Assembly: GCA_034678545.1 (NCBI GenBank)
Contig: JAXDBS010000095.1
Location: 46,248 to 110,247, forward strand
Length of the DNA: 64,000 nt
Reading direction: 5' to 3'
Origin: Candidatus Cloacimonadaceae bacterium
Lineage (GTDB): Bacteria > Cloacimonadota > Cloacimonadia > Cloacimonadales > Cloacimonadaceae
Shown: positions 9,642-17,721 of the stretch, in pieces
Layout of the letters: each line of letters begins with the position of its first letter
Numbering within the stretch: position 1 is the stretch's first letter
Made by a program: the position numbers and the translations under genes
Notes under the pieces: generated by a model
What the model saw: the letters and a program-made list of their open reading frames with translations, nothing else
Told to the model about the DNA's origin: nothing
Databases searched by the model: none

Positions 9642-9896
9642 ATATCTTTCTCCCAATTCAGATTGTCAGTCTGCATAGAGATGCATTCTGGTGTCAAGCG
9701 CGATTTTTCGCTTGATAGAAAAATGCTCCGAATAACATGGCTCGGTCCGATGATTCCGAGGTTTGATCATTCCCCTGCCGGAGGGGAGCCAATCCTGGAT
9801 TTGCCAAAACTGTGTAATTATTAAGGTAACTCCATCTATATCAATGTGTTCTGCTATGCAATATCCCCAGCCTCAACTTTTCATTTCCCCCTTTGG

Positions 9897-9980
9897 CCCT
9901 TGCTTGCACTACGGACCCATTACGGACCCAATACGGACTTTATCCGTATTGGGTCCGTAATGCTAACAGGGGCGGAGCGG
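9897..9980. repeat. Palindromic intergenic repeat, copy 1 of 3 (~85 bp)
   Basis: cccttgcttgcacTACGGACCCATTACGGACCCAATACGGActttaTCCGTATTGGGTCCGTAAtgctaacaggggcggagcgg. Perfect hairpin arms at 9920-9937 and 9943-9960 (stem extendable to 9918-9962), loop CTTTA. The left arm is made of 11-nt direct repeats TACGGACCCAW. Near-identical copies are at 34381-34465 and 48994-49077. Confidence 0.9.
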
Positions 9981-10251
9981 ATAACACACTGGATTAGTAG
10001 AAATTTGCGGCGGCCAAGCTGCAGGAATATGCTTGACAGGATGAGCCCGGCCGGCTCAATATAAATCTGCTGGATAGCCGGGAACAGCGTGTGAACTGAT
10101 TTCAGCGGTCTTGACAGACGCATAGGATTATGCGTTAAACGGATAGCGGGACGGCCTGAACCGGATTTGGCGTGCTCGAGCGGCCGGGGGGGCAGTCCTG
10201 GTGTCAGCTTGGACATAATGTTTTGAAGTTAATCTTGATTTGGGAGCAAGC

Positions 10252-10461
10252 ATGGGAAAGAAAAAACTGTTTTTATGGCTGGCCCCGGGCGCCGGAGCCC
10301 TGGCAGGCAATCTAGTCCGGCACGAGGCCTTTGAATTCACCAGGCCGGAGGGGGGAGACCGACTCTGTACTCGAACGGTGACGAATTCTGAACAGCGGAT
10401 CAGTATATTATATAATCATACAGAACCATCCCTGAAATTATTGAAAGTGATAAAGAAGTAG
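10252..10461 (+). CDS. Possible small ORF (69 aa) just upstream of the giant protease gene
   Basis: ATG 10252 has GGGAG 5 nt upstream (10242-10246). Hydrophobic N-terminus MGKKKLFLWLAPGAGALAGNLV. It stops 12 nt before the giant gene ATG. No family recognised, so it may be non-coding leader. Confidence 0.3.
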   Translation: MGKKKLFLWLAPGAGALAGNLVRHEAFEFTRPEGGDRLCTRTVTNSEQRISILYNHTEPSLKLLKVIKK

Positions 10462-10473
10462 AAGGAGTTTTAT

Positions 10474-13400
10474 ATGCTTAAAAGCAAGCAGTGTTTAATC
10501 ATTCTGATGGTGTTATTTCTGTTTACCGGCCTGTCAGCCCTGCCGGTTGAACTAAGCCCGGCCCAAGTCAGAGAGGTCGCCGATAAATATGCCAGACAGC
10601 TTTGGGGCAGCCAGCTTAATCCCGCAGAGCCGATTCCCTATTACAGTCCGGATGAGAAAATCATCGCCTGGCACTTCAACTATGCCATCGGCGGAACCTT
10701 CCCGGACAGGGCAACTCTGCAGCAGAGAAGCGACGCTGCTTTCAAAGCAGGCAACCGCGACCTGGGCTGGGGCAATGAAGAATTCGGCAACATGGTGGTG
10801 GGTGCCAACCGCAATATGCCTGTCTTCGTGGAATATTCCAAATGCCTGTCCAAACAATACGCTCTGGGCACCAAGATAGAGGAACTGGCAGCCAAAGCCT
10901 TTCCGGAAGGATATAAGTTTGGCAAGACCTATTACCTCGGACCTGTGAGTGTCTGGTTTGCCGTCAGTAATGGCAGGGAAACCAAATACATCAATCCGGA
11001 ACCCAAAGCCCGGACCTATTCCGAAACTCAGTTCAGGGAGTATGTTGAATCCATGCGCCTGTTCTGGACCCGGGACAACTTTGAAGATGACTGGTCCCGC
11101 ATCCTGGATGATGGACAAATCCTGAGGCTGGATAGATCTGCCTTTATTCTTTACAGAGAAAAGATGCCATACTACGAATGGCATGAAGGCTGCACTCCCT
11201 CTTCAGCGTCCATGCTGCTTGCCTGGTGGGATAACCGCTATGACAATATCGGCAACCTGACCCGCTATACGATGTCCAAATACGACACAGTTCAGAACCA
11301 GACAGATCATCACGTGACAGATGCCTGCCTTTCACTGCACAATCACATGGATACAGATTCAGAAGGCAGCACCAGCAGAGAAGATATCTGCGACGGATAT
11401 ATTGCGACAGTTGAAAACAGGGGTTACAACTGCTCTTCGGATGGACATTGGGCTGCTTCCTGGGAACCCCGGGAGATCTTTAACGATATCAAAGGACAGA
11501 TAGATCAGGGTTTTCCGGTGCATGTCAGCATACCGAATCATTCTGTAATTGGAGTGGGTTATTCGGATGATCCGGATATGGTGACAGTGCATGATCCCAA
11601 CATGTCCACCGACCGTATCATCAATCGGGGTATACTGGAAGGCGCTTACTGGGTGCACATAGAAGCCAATCCCAACCATAACAAGGTTGATGTGCTCTCA
11701 CCGGACGGCGGTAAGGAATGGGGCACCAATAACGGCGGTGAAACCCTGTACTCCGGTGAAATGTATGAGATCAGATGGGACAGCACCTTCTTCCCTTATA
11801 CCTATGCCAAGATCTATTACCACGACGAAGGCGGATCCACAACAGACGGATGGACTCTCATTACAGCCAATACTCCCAACGACGGCAGTTATGACTGGCT
11901 GGTGCCCCCCATCGATTGTTTCTATGGAAACTCTACTGCATATGGCAGGATCAAGATCGAGATCTATAACTCCAATACCAGCCTGATGATAGCCAGCGAC
12001 GGCAGCCATGGCAATTTTACAATCATGCCCGGCGGCAGCCTGCCTGCCCTAAGCGGCATCCTGCAAAACGTTGACCGCACTCCGGACTTTTTCTCCGCCA
12101 ACCTCAATGAAACAGGATGCTGGTATGTGATCTCCATTATGGACAACATCCAGGAGGCATATAATCCTTGGGATATTGAATTATACAACAACACCGGTTT
12201 TTCCGGTCTCTTGGAAACAGCAACCGGAAGTGACATAGTAAACTATCTGGTGGTAAATAATTATCAGCAGTCGCCCTTTGAATACGGAGTTAAATTCATC
12301 AATCCGGCAGGGAATACAGCAGCTAAAGTGCATAAATCCGGGGATCCGGGCAATACTTTGACCACAGGCACCAATAACCTGACCTGGTATTCCACCCGGG
12401 CTGCGGAAATGTGGAACCTGTATCTGACTCCGGAAACCTATTACTTCGAAATGACAGGGGCGGATTCAACCGCCGATCTGGATATATCAGTCTATCAAAG
12501 CAACGGAGACGGATTCCAGACCTATCAGCAGGCTGTTGTTGCCTCCCACAACCTGGGAGCAGGTATCGCTGAATCCTTCCATTTTTCGCCCACAGCGAAT
12601 GGCTGGTATGGAGTATGTGTAAGCTCGAGAACCCTGGTGCAGACTGATTTTACGATCAATATCAGCACGGCTGGAAACTGGACCGGCGCGATCAGCACAG
12701 ATTGGCATACACCCGGCAACTGGTCAGGCAACGTCGTTCCCGACCTCAATGATAATGTGGTTATCCCCTCCGGCAGCAGCAACTATCCCCTTGTGAATGC
12801 CAATGCCTTTATCAAGTCTCTGACCCTAGAGACAGATGCCACCCTGCATATCGGTGCATCAGGATATCTCAGCGTGTACGGCAACCTGACTGTCTATGGA
12901 TTCGTATATCTGGATAATTCCACAAGCGTGCTGGACATAGCCGGTAATGTCAGTTGGGAAGCAGGCTCGCAACTGTTTACTGACAGCAACGCCAATATCT
13001 ATTGCTACGGCAACTGGACCTTCCAGAACGGCACCATCTTCCAGCCGGACGGCGGTATTGTGCATTTCCAGTCCAATCAGGACAGCTATATCGCCAATTA
13101 TGACAACAACTCCAGTTTCCATAACCTTGTTATCAACAAAATGGAAGGCAAGACTGTCTTCTATAGCCAGGGTTCCACCAATGACCTCAAGGTCAATGGA
13201 CAATTGACTCTGCAGGCCGGATATCTGGGCTCCACTTCCAGCCGCACGATAAGTTCATTAGGTCAGTTGGTCACAATCGGAGGAGGCTTCCGCCTGGACA
13301 ACGGGACTTTTAAGATAGGCGGAAACACTGCCACGCTGGTCTGCCAACCCAATACTTGGTTCAATCACCTGCAGATCAACAGCTCGCAGCAGATCCAGTT

Positions 13401-16400
13401 AGGCTCCGACCTGACCCTGAAAGGCAACATGAGTATCAGCAACGGCGGTATGGCTGCCGGAAGCTGGCATATCTATGCAGGCGGTGACTGGTTCAGTAAC
13501 AACTGGCCTTCACCTTTCAATCCGGGTACGGGAACTGTGACCTTCAACGGCGGTCAGCAAAGCTTGTGCGGCGGCGGCAACTTCAATATTTTGGAGATTA
13601 GCAACAATACAGAACTGCACTTCAACGTAAATACCTCAATCTGCAACAGCTATGTTTATACCAGCGGAGCGCTTTATGTGGACGGCGGATACCTGACTAT
13701 TCTGGATCTGGCAGCCAATGGACTTACTGGTAAGTTCTATGTGGAAGCAGGTAACCTCGATATCATCCAGGATTCCAATCAAAGGATTGATCTGATCGGA
13801 GAAATCCATATCAATGGCGGATATATGTTTGTCAGCGGCGGTTATGGTATGAGCACCTGGCCCTCTGGAGCCAACTCCGTGATCGAAATGAGCGACGGAT
13901 ACCTGGAATTCACCAATAGCGGCATCTCCCTTGAAGGCAACACAGGATACACCCTGACCAGCAACCTGACCGGCGGCACCATTGCCCTGGCAGGCAATCT
14001 GGCTTGCACCAGAACCGATTTTCAGCCCACCGGCGGCACCTTCAGGATCAAACGCGCCAATCAGGGCACCCAGTATATCTACTGCAACGCAGCCAGCCGG
14101 TTTGCCAATCTTGTAATAGACACTGCTCTTTCCAGAGATGAGACAGACAGACCTGCTGACCAGCGTCTGGAGATCATCACCCTGCAAACCGACATCAACC
14201 TCCTGAATGACCTGATTGTCCTCTCCGGCACCCTTGACCTTTCCGGTTTTACCATGAACGTAGGCAATGACGTCGAAGTATCCGGCAATCTGGTTATGGA
14301 CAGCACCTATGATCTGCTGATAGCAGGTTCTTCTTTCTATTGGCATCCGACTGCCACAGGCACCCTGACCACCGGCGAGATCAGAGTCGCCAATTCCCTC
14401 TATGTATTGGAAGGAGCAAACTTCCAAATGGGCACAGGCACCATCTTCAGCTTCTTCGGCAGTCTGAATGACGGTTATCTCTCCAACCACGGCACCAACA
14501 CCACCTTCGGCAACCTCTTAATAAACAAGACGGATTACGTGGTGGAAACCGACACCGACTGTACACCCATGACCGTGCTGGGCAACCTGACCATCAACAG
14601 CAATAACTACCTGACCCTGACTGCCTGCTCCCTCAGTGTCAACGGCATCCTCAACGCCTCCTCCGGCTCAAACCTGCAGCTTATGAACGGCTCCAACCTG
14701 ACTGTAACAGGCAACGCCACCTTCTATGGCGACCTGAGAGTGGAGACCGATGCCATCCTGACCTGCCATACCGGCTTTGAGCTCAACCAGCTTGGTTCTA
14801 TCCAGCTTCTGGGTGGCAGCATCGTTCTGGACAGAGCCTTTGACAGTTCCTATTACAACTTTGCCGGAGCTGTGTATTTCAGCGGCGGAACTCTCAATAT
14901 CCCCAACAACGGACTGCAGATCGCCTCCACCTGCGATTTTGACATGACCGGCGGCACTCTGAGGCTGGGTTGGGTCTTTCGTGCTCTCATCTCCGGAACC
15001 TTCCTCCCGAGCGGAGGAACGGTCGAATTCATCGGAGCCAATCCCGGCGGCATCATCATGTCAACGGGCAACAGCTTCTATGACCTGAAGATAGCCAAAT
15101 CCTCCTCCATAAACGTTGCTCTGGGCAGCAATACGAATGTCAGTAACGACCTCATCGTCCAGCGCGGCAGTCTCAACCTCTCCTATCAGGACCCTATTCT
15201 GCACACCTGGTCTGATTATGACCTGTCCGTCGGCAGAGACGTCATCATCAACGTAGGCACCCTGATCGCTGGACGCACCGCCAATCTCCTCAGCGTCGGC
15301 AGGAACTGGACCAACAACGGCGGACCGGCCTACTTTACGGAAGGCACCGGCACCGTCAGCTTTGTCTCCGACCAGTTGGCGACCCTGAGCACGGAATACT
15401 TCTACCATGTGAATGTGAACAAGACCTCCACCGAAGTCCATGACCTTTCCATAGATCCATCAGCCTCAGTCAGAGTCAGCGGCAACCTGAATATCGGCAG
15501 CACTTCCGGACTGAAGCTGACCTCTGGTTCCAGCCTGGACTGCAACGCAGGAGTGACCATCAATGGCAGCCTGGACCTCACCTCCACCCAAACCCCCAAC
15601 ACCCTCTATCTGGCTGGCAACCTGTTTGATGAACATGACACCGAGCTCGGTCTGCTCGCAAACAGCGGCTGCAGCATTGTCTTCGACGGCAGCACTGACC
15701 AGACCTTTGGCGGAGACTATATGACAGGTCTGGTCCTGCCGCTCTGCCACGTCAGCGTAAATAAATCCGGCGGCAAAGTCCTGCCCTATAATCCCATCGA
15801 TGTCATGGGAAACTTTACCATTACCAATGGTGAATGGAGCTACATTGACGCAGGTTATACCAAGAACTTCCACGGCAACCTGATCATTGAAACAGGCGGA
15901 GCTTATACCGACAGCACCGGCACTGTTAACCTTTCCGGCTCTGCCGATACCGGTCTGAAGCTGCTCGGAATAGCCAAGTTCGGTTCTTTCATTGTGAATA
16001 AAACTGCCGTCTCCAACGTCAACCTGACCGGCAACGCCATTTTCAGCGGTACGACAGCCATCCAGCTTACTGCCGGCATCCTCAGTGTCAATGCCAATAC
16101 CCTGAAATACAAAGGCACCTTTGTGATCAACACAGACGGCAGACTCAATCTCGGACCCGGTTCCATCTTCAATCTGAATGACAATTCCACCTTCTCTCTC
16201 AACGGCGGAGCCGAATTCTACAGCCTGGGAGAAGCTGCCAATCCTGCCCTGCTGACCAGCGATACCGGATATTATACCTTCTCAACCTCCGCTACTGTAG
16301 TAACGACTATTGGTGCCCGTTACACCATCTTTGAAAAGATGGGAACAGCCGGGATCAACCTCTCTTCACGTTGTGCTTTGGCAGAAGGCAATCGCTTTTA

Positions 16401-16866
16401 CCACTGCACCTTCAGGGACGGCACAGTCGGAGGGACGCTGCTGACCATCAACAGCAACGCCATTTACACCATTATCGGAGCTGATTTCCCGTCTCAGGGA
16501 AGCAGTGCCAGTAACGTCACCCGCTCCAACACCGGTTCTATGTATCTAATCACCTTCAGCAGTTGGACAGGCGATTTCGGCGGGGAAGACCATGATGCCG
16601 GAGCAGGAGACAGCAGGATTGCCTGGGTGCAGCCGGTTCAGCCCGATCCTCCGCTCAATCTGCAGATCACTAAAAGTGGCGGCGTTGCAGTCCTCACCTG
16701 GAATCCGGTTACCGGAGCCACAGGCTACAATATCTACCGCTGCTTCGCTTACGAAGACCTGGACGAAGCCCAACTGGCTGGAACCACCACCGGCACGACC
16801 TGGACCGATACGCAGATGCTCAGTAATCCGTCGGCACTTTACTACCTAAGGTCATATTCGGAATAA
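10474..16866 (+). CDS. Giant secreted protein (2130 aa): signal peptide, papain-fold (C10/C39-like) cysteine peptidase, long beta-helix repeat region, C-terminal Fn3
   Basis: Signal peptide MLKSKQCLIILMVLFLFTGLSALP. Candidate catalytic Cys in YYEWHEGCTPSSASMLLAWWD (Cys240, nt ~11191) and His in PNHSVIGVGYSDDPDMVTVHDPN (His356, nt ~11539). About 1500 aa of degenerate GNLT/GxL...L repeats typical of right-handed beta-helix adhesins. C-terminal Fn3-like PPLNLQITKSGGVAVLTWNPVTGATGYNIYRC. RBS GAAGGAG upstream. Confidence 0.85.
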   Translation: MLKSKQCLIILMVLFLFTGLSALPVELSPAQVREVADKYARQLWGSQLNPAEPIPYYSPDEKIIAWHFNYAIGGTFPDRATLQQRSDAAFKAGNRDLGWGNEEFGNMVVGANRNMPVFVEYSKCLSKQYALGTKIEELAAKAFPEGYKFGKTYYLGPVSVWFAVSNGRETKYINPEPKARTYSETQFREYVESMRLFWTRDNFEDDWSRILDDGQILRLDRSAFILYREKMPYYEWHEGCTPSSASMLLAWWDNRYDNIGNLTRYTMSKYDTVQNQTDHHVTDACLSLHNHMDTDSEGSTSREDICDGYIATVENRGYNCSSDGHWAASWEPREIFNDIKGQIDQGFPVHVSIPNHSVIGVGYSDDPDMVTVHDPNMSTDRIINRGILEGAYWVHIEANPNHNKVDVLSPDGGKEWGTNNGGETLYSGEMYEIRWDSTFFPYTYAKIYYHDEGGSTTDGWTLITANTPNDGSYDWLVPPIDCFYGNSTAYGRIKIEIYNSNTSLMIASDGSHGNFTIMPGGSLPALSGILQNVDRTPDFFSANLNETGCWYVISIMDNIQEAYNPWDIELYNNTGFSGLLETATGSDIVNYLVVNNYQQSPFEYGVKFINPAGNTAAKVHKSGDPGNTLTTGTNNLTWYSTRAAEMWNLYLTPETYYFEMTGADSTADLDISVYQSNGDGFQTYQQAVVASHNLGAGIAESFHFSPTANGWYGVCVSSRTLVQTDFTINISTAGNWTGAISTDWHTPGNWSGNVVPDLNDNVVIPSGSSNYPLVNANAFIKSLTLETDATLHIGASGYLSVYGNLTVYGFVYLDNSTSVLDIAGNVSWEAGSQLFTDSNANIYCYGNWTFQNGTIFQPDGGIVHFQSNQDSYIANYDNNSSFHNLVINKMEGKTVFYSQGSTNDLKVNGQLTLQAGYLGSTSSRTISSLGQLVTIGGGFRLDNGTFKIGGNTATLVCQPNTWFNHLQINSSQQIQLGSDLTLKGNMSISNGGMAAGSWHIYAGGDWFSNNWPSPFNPGTGTVTFNGGQQSLCGGGNFNILEISNNTELHFNVNTSICNSYVYTSGALYVDGGYLTILDLAANGLTGKFYVEAGNLDIIQDSNQRIDLIGEIHINGGYMFVSGGYGMSTWPSGANSVIEMSDGYLEFTNSGISLEGNTGYTLTSNLTGGTIALAGNLACTRTDFQPTGGTFRIKRANQGTQYIYCNAASRFANLVIDTALSRDETDRPADQRLEIITLQTDINLLNDLIVLSGTLDLSGFTMNVGNDVEVSGNLVMDSTYDLLIAGSSFYWHPTATGTLTTGEIRVANSLYVLEGANFQMGTGTIFSFFGSLNDGYLSNHGTNTTFGNLLINKTDYVVETDTDCTPMTVLGNLTINSNNYLTLTACSLSVNGILNASSGSNLQLMNGSNLTVTGNATFYGDLRVETDAILTCHTGFELNQLGSIQLLGGSIVLDRAFDSSYYNFAGAVYFSGGTLNIPNNGLQIASTCDFDMTGGTLRLGWVFRALISGTFLPSGGTVEFIGANPGGIIMSTGNSFYDLKIAKSSSINVALGSNTNVSNDLIVQRGSLNLSYQDPILHTWSDYDLSVGRDVIINVGTLIAGRTANLLSVGRNWTNNGGPAYFTEGTGTVSFVSDQLATLSTEYFYHVNVNKTSTEVHDLSIDPSASVRVSGNLNIGSTSGLKLTSGSSLDCNAGVTINGSLDLTSTQTPNTLYLAGNLFDEHDTELGLLANSGCSIVFDGSTDQTFGGDYMTGLVLPLCHVSVNKSGGKVLPYNPIDVMGNFTITNGEWSYIDAGYTKNFHGNLIIETGGAYTDSTGTVNLSGSADTGLKLLGIAKFGSFIVNKTAVSNVNLTGNAIFSGTTAIQLTAGILSVNANTLKYKGTFVINTDGRLNLGPGSIFNLNDNSTFSLNGGAEFYSLGEAANPALLTSDTGYYTFSTSATVVTTIGARYTIFEKMGTAGINLSSRCALAEGNRFYHCTFRDGTVGGTLLTINSNAIYTIIGADFPSQGSSASNVTRSNTGSMYLITFSSWTGDFGGEDHDAGAGDSRIAWVQPVQPDPPLNLQITKSGGVAVLTWNPVTGATGYNIYRCFAYEDLDEAQLAGTTTGTTWTDTQMLSNPSALYYLRSYSE

Positions 16867-16898
16867 CCCAGTACATCAGAATCAGATCCGACATTTGA

Positions 16899-16947
16899 AA
16901 CGGGCAAGACCGGTAAAAATATTTACTGACCTTGCCCCGTTTTTTTA
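16899..16947 (+). terminator. Rho-independent terminator of the giant gene
   Basis: aacgggcaag...cttgccccgtt stem (one bulged G) followed by ttttttt. Lies 33 nt after the stop. Confidence 0.7.
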
Positions 16948-17281
16948 CCAATAAGCTTATTGCCTGACCAGCAGAGAGATACGCGGATCTTTGCTCTTTC
17001 TAAACGCGGCCAGACAGTTTAACATCCCGTTCGCAAGCATTAGGATGGTTGCATTCAATCCTTTGCTGTAGAGCGTTTATCCACCGCTACTGTCCATATT
17101 CCGTCCAATATAAGACAATTACGTCTGCCAACCTGAGCATATCCCTTTCTGCAAGAGGCTTGTTTGTTTTCATATCCCAGACGGGGAGTGGTCAGAATAT
17201 TTACTTTCAGAACACAGCCCGGCAATCTGGCCGGAGTGTTTAAGATACTATATGTCATGGAGATGTGATTGAAATGCGGAT

Positions 17282-17297
17282 TGGAACGCAAGGTGCG
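17282..17297 (+). promoter_or_regulatory. Sigma-54-type (-24/-12) promoter candidate for the 17368-18696 gene pair
   Basis: TGGAACGCAAGGTGCG compared with consensus TGGCACG-N4-TTGCW. GG (17283-84) and GC (17295-96) have the exact canonical spacing, and 10 of 13 specified positions match. The -12 element is 72 nt upstream of ATG 17368. It overlaps the perfect palindrome GCGATATATCGC (17295-17306). Confidence 0.35.
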
Positions 17298-17367
17298 ATA
17301 TATCGCGGTATGGATACTCAGTCAGATGACCGGAATAACAAATCAAACGTGAGGGAGGATCAGACTT

Positions 17368-17712
17368 ATGCTCAGGTCGGAGATCAGGCAGGTTTTGGGT
17401 GTGGACTTACCCATAGAGGGCGGGAATGGAACAAGTCTGGAAGAGGCGATCGTCATCCGTAAGCGCAAGGGGCATGACATTTACTCAGTGGAAAGTGCTG
17501 TCCTAAAATACCTGTACGAACGATACTGCCTTGCGCAGGAATTGGTCAAGCAGGAACTGCTGAGCAGGGAGGGCAGGATTTATGACAGGTTCGTATCCTT
17601 TTGCCAATATAAAGAAAACAAGCCGGATGAGATAGATCTGGTCAATGTTTACTTTGACATCACCGACTGCTGGAACCGGAAAGCCAAGCCCGGCAAACAG
17701 CAGAATTCATAG
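17368..17712 (+). CDS. Hypothetical protein (114 aa)
   Basis: ATG with GGGAGG 7 nt upstream. Only 9 nt separate its stop from the next gene. No family recognised (contains IEGGNGTSLEEAIVI...YFDITDCW). Confidence 0.6.
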   Translation: MLRSEIRQVLGVDLPIEGGNGTSLEEAIVIRKRKGHDIYSVESAVLKYLYERYCLAQELVKQELLSREGRIYDRFVSFCQYKENKPDEIDLVNVYFDITDCWNRKAKPGKQQNS

Positions 17713-17721
17713 GAGGTAAAC

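Noticed and set aside
8145-9824. 559-aa ORF on the + strand
   Set aside because: It is entirely antisense to the well-supported sigma-54 activator gene. Its composition is Gly/Ala/Val/Asp/His-rich and low in complexity, typical of a shadow ORF, and it has no motifs.
9846-10064. Short ORFs spanning the palindromic repeats (9846-10064, 34338-34541, 48832-49056) with similar peptides (…GPNTDF(I/V)RIGSVML…)
   Set aside because: The peptide similarity merely reflects the repeated DNA. Copy 3 is read in a different frame and ends inside the repeat, none has an RBS, and the conserved unit is a hairpin, not a reading frame.
10316-10332. GGCACGAGGCCTTTGAA as a sigma-54 promoter for the giant gene
   Set aside because: The -12 position lacks the invariant GC at the correct spacing (it reads TTTGA), and the site lies inside the possible small ORF. 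I found no acceptable -24/-12 element for the giant gene in 9657-10473.
13636-14490. 284-aa minus-strand ORF, plus several shorter ones inside the giant gene
   Set aside because: They are antisense to the 2130-aa ORF, whose uninterrupted 6.4-kb frame, signal peptide and domains are far better supported.
17077-17085. Isolated TTATCCACC (also TGTGGATAG at ~63830-63838) as DnaA boxes
   Set aside because: These are single 8/9 matches without partners and are compatible with chance occurrence in 64 kb.
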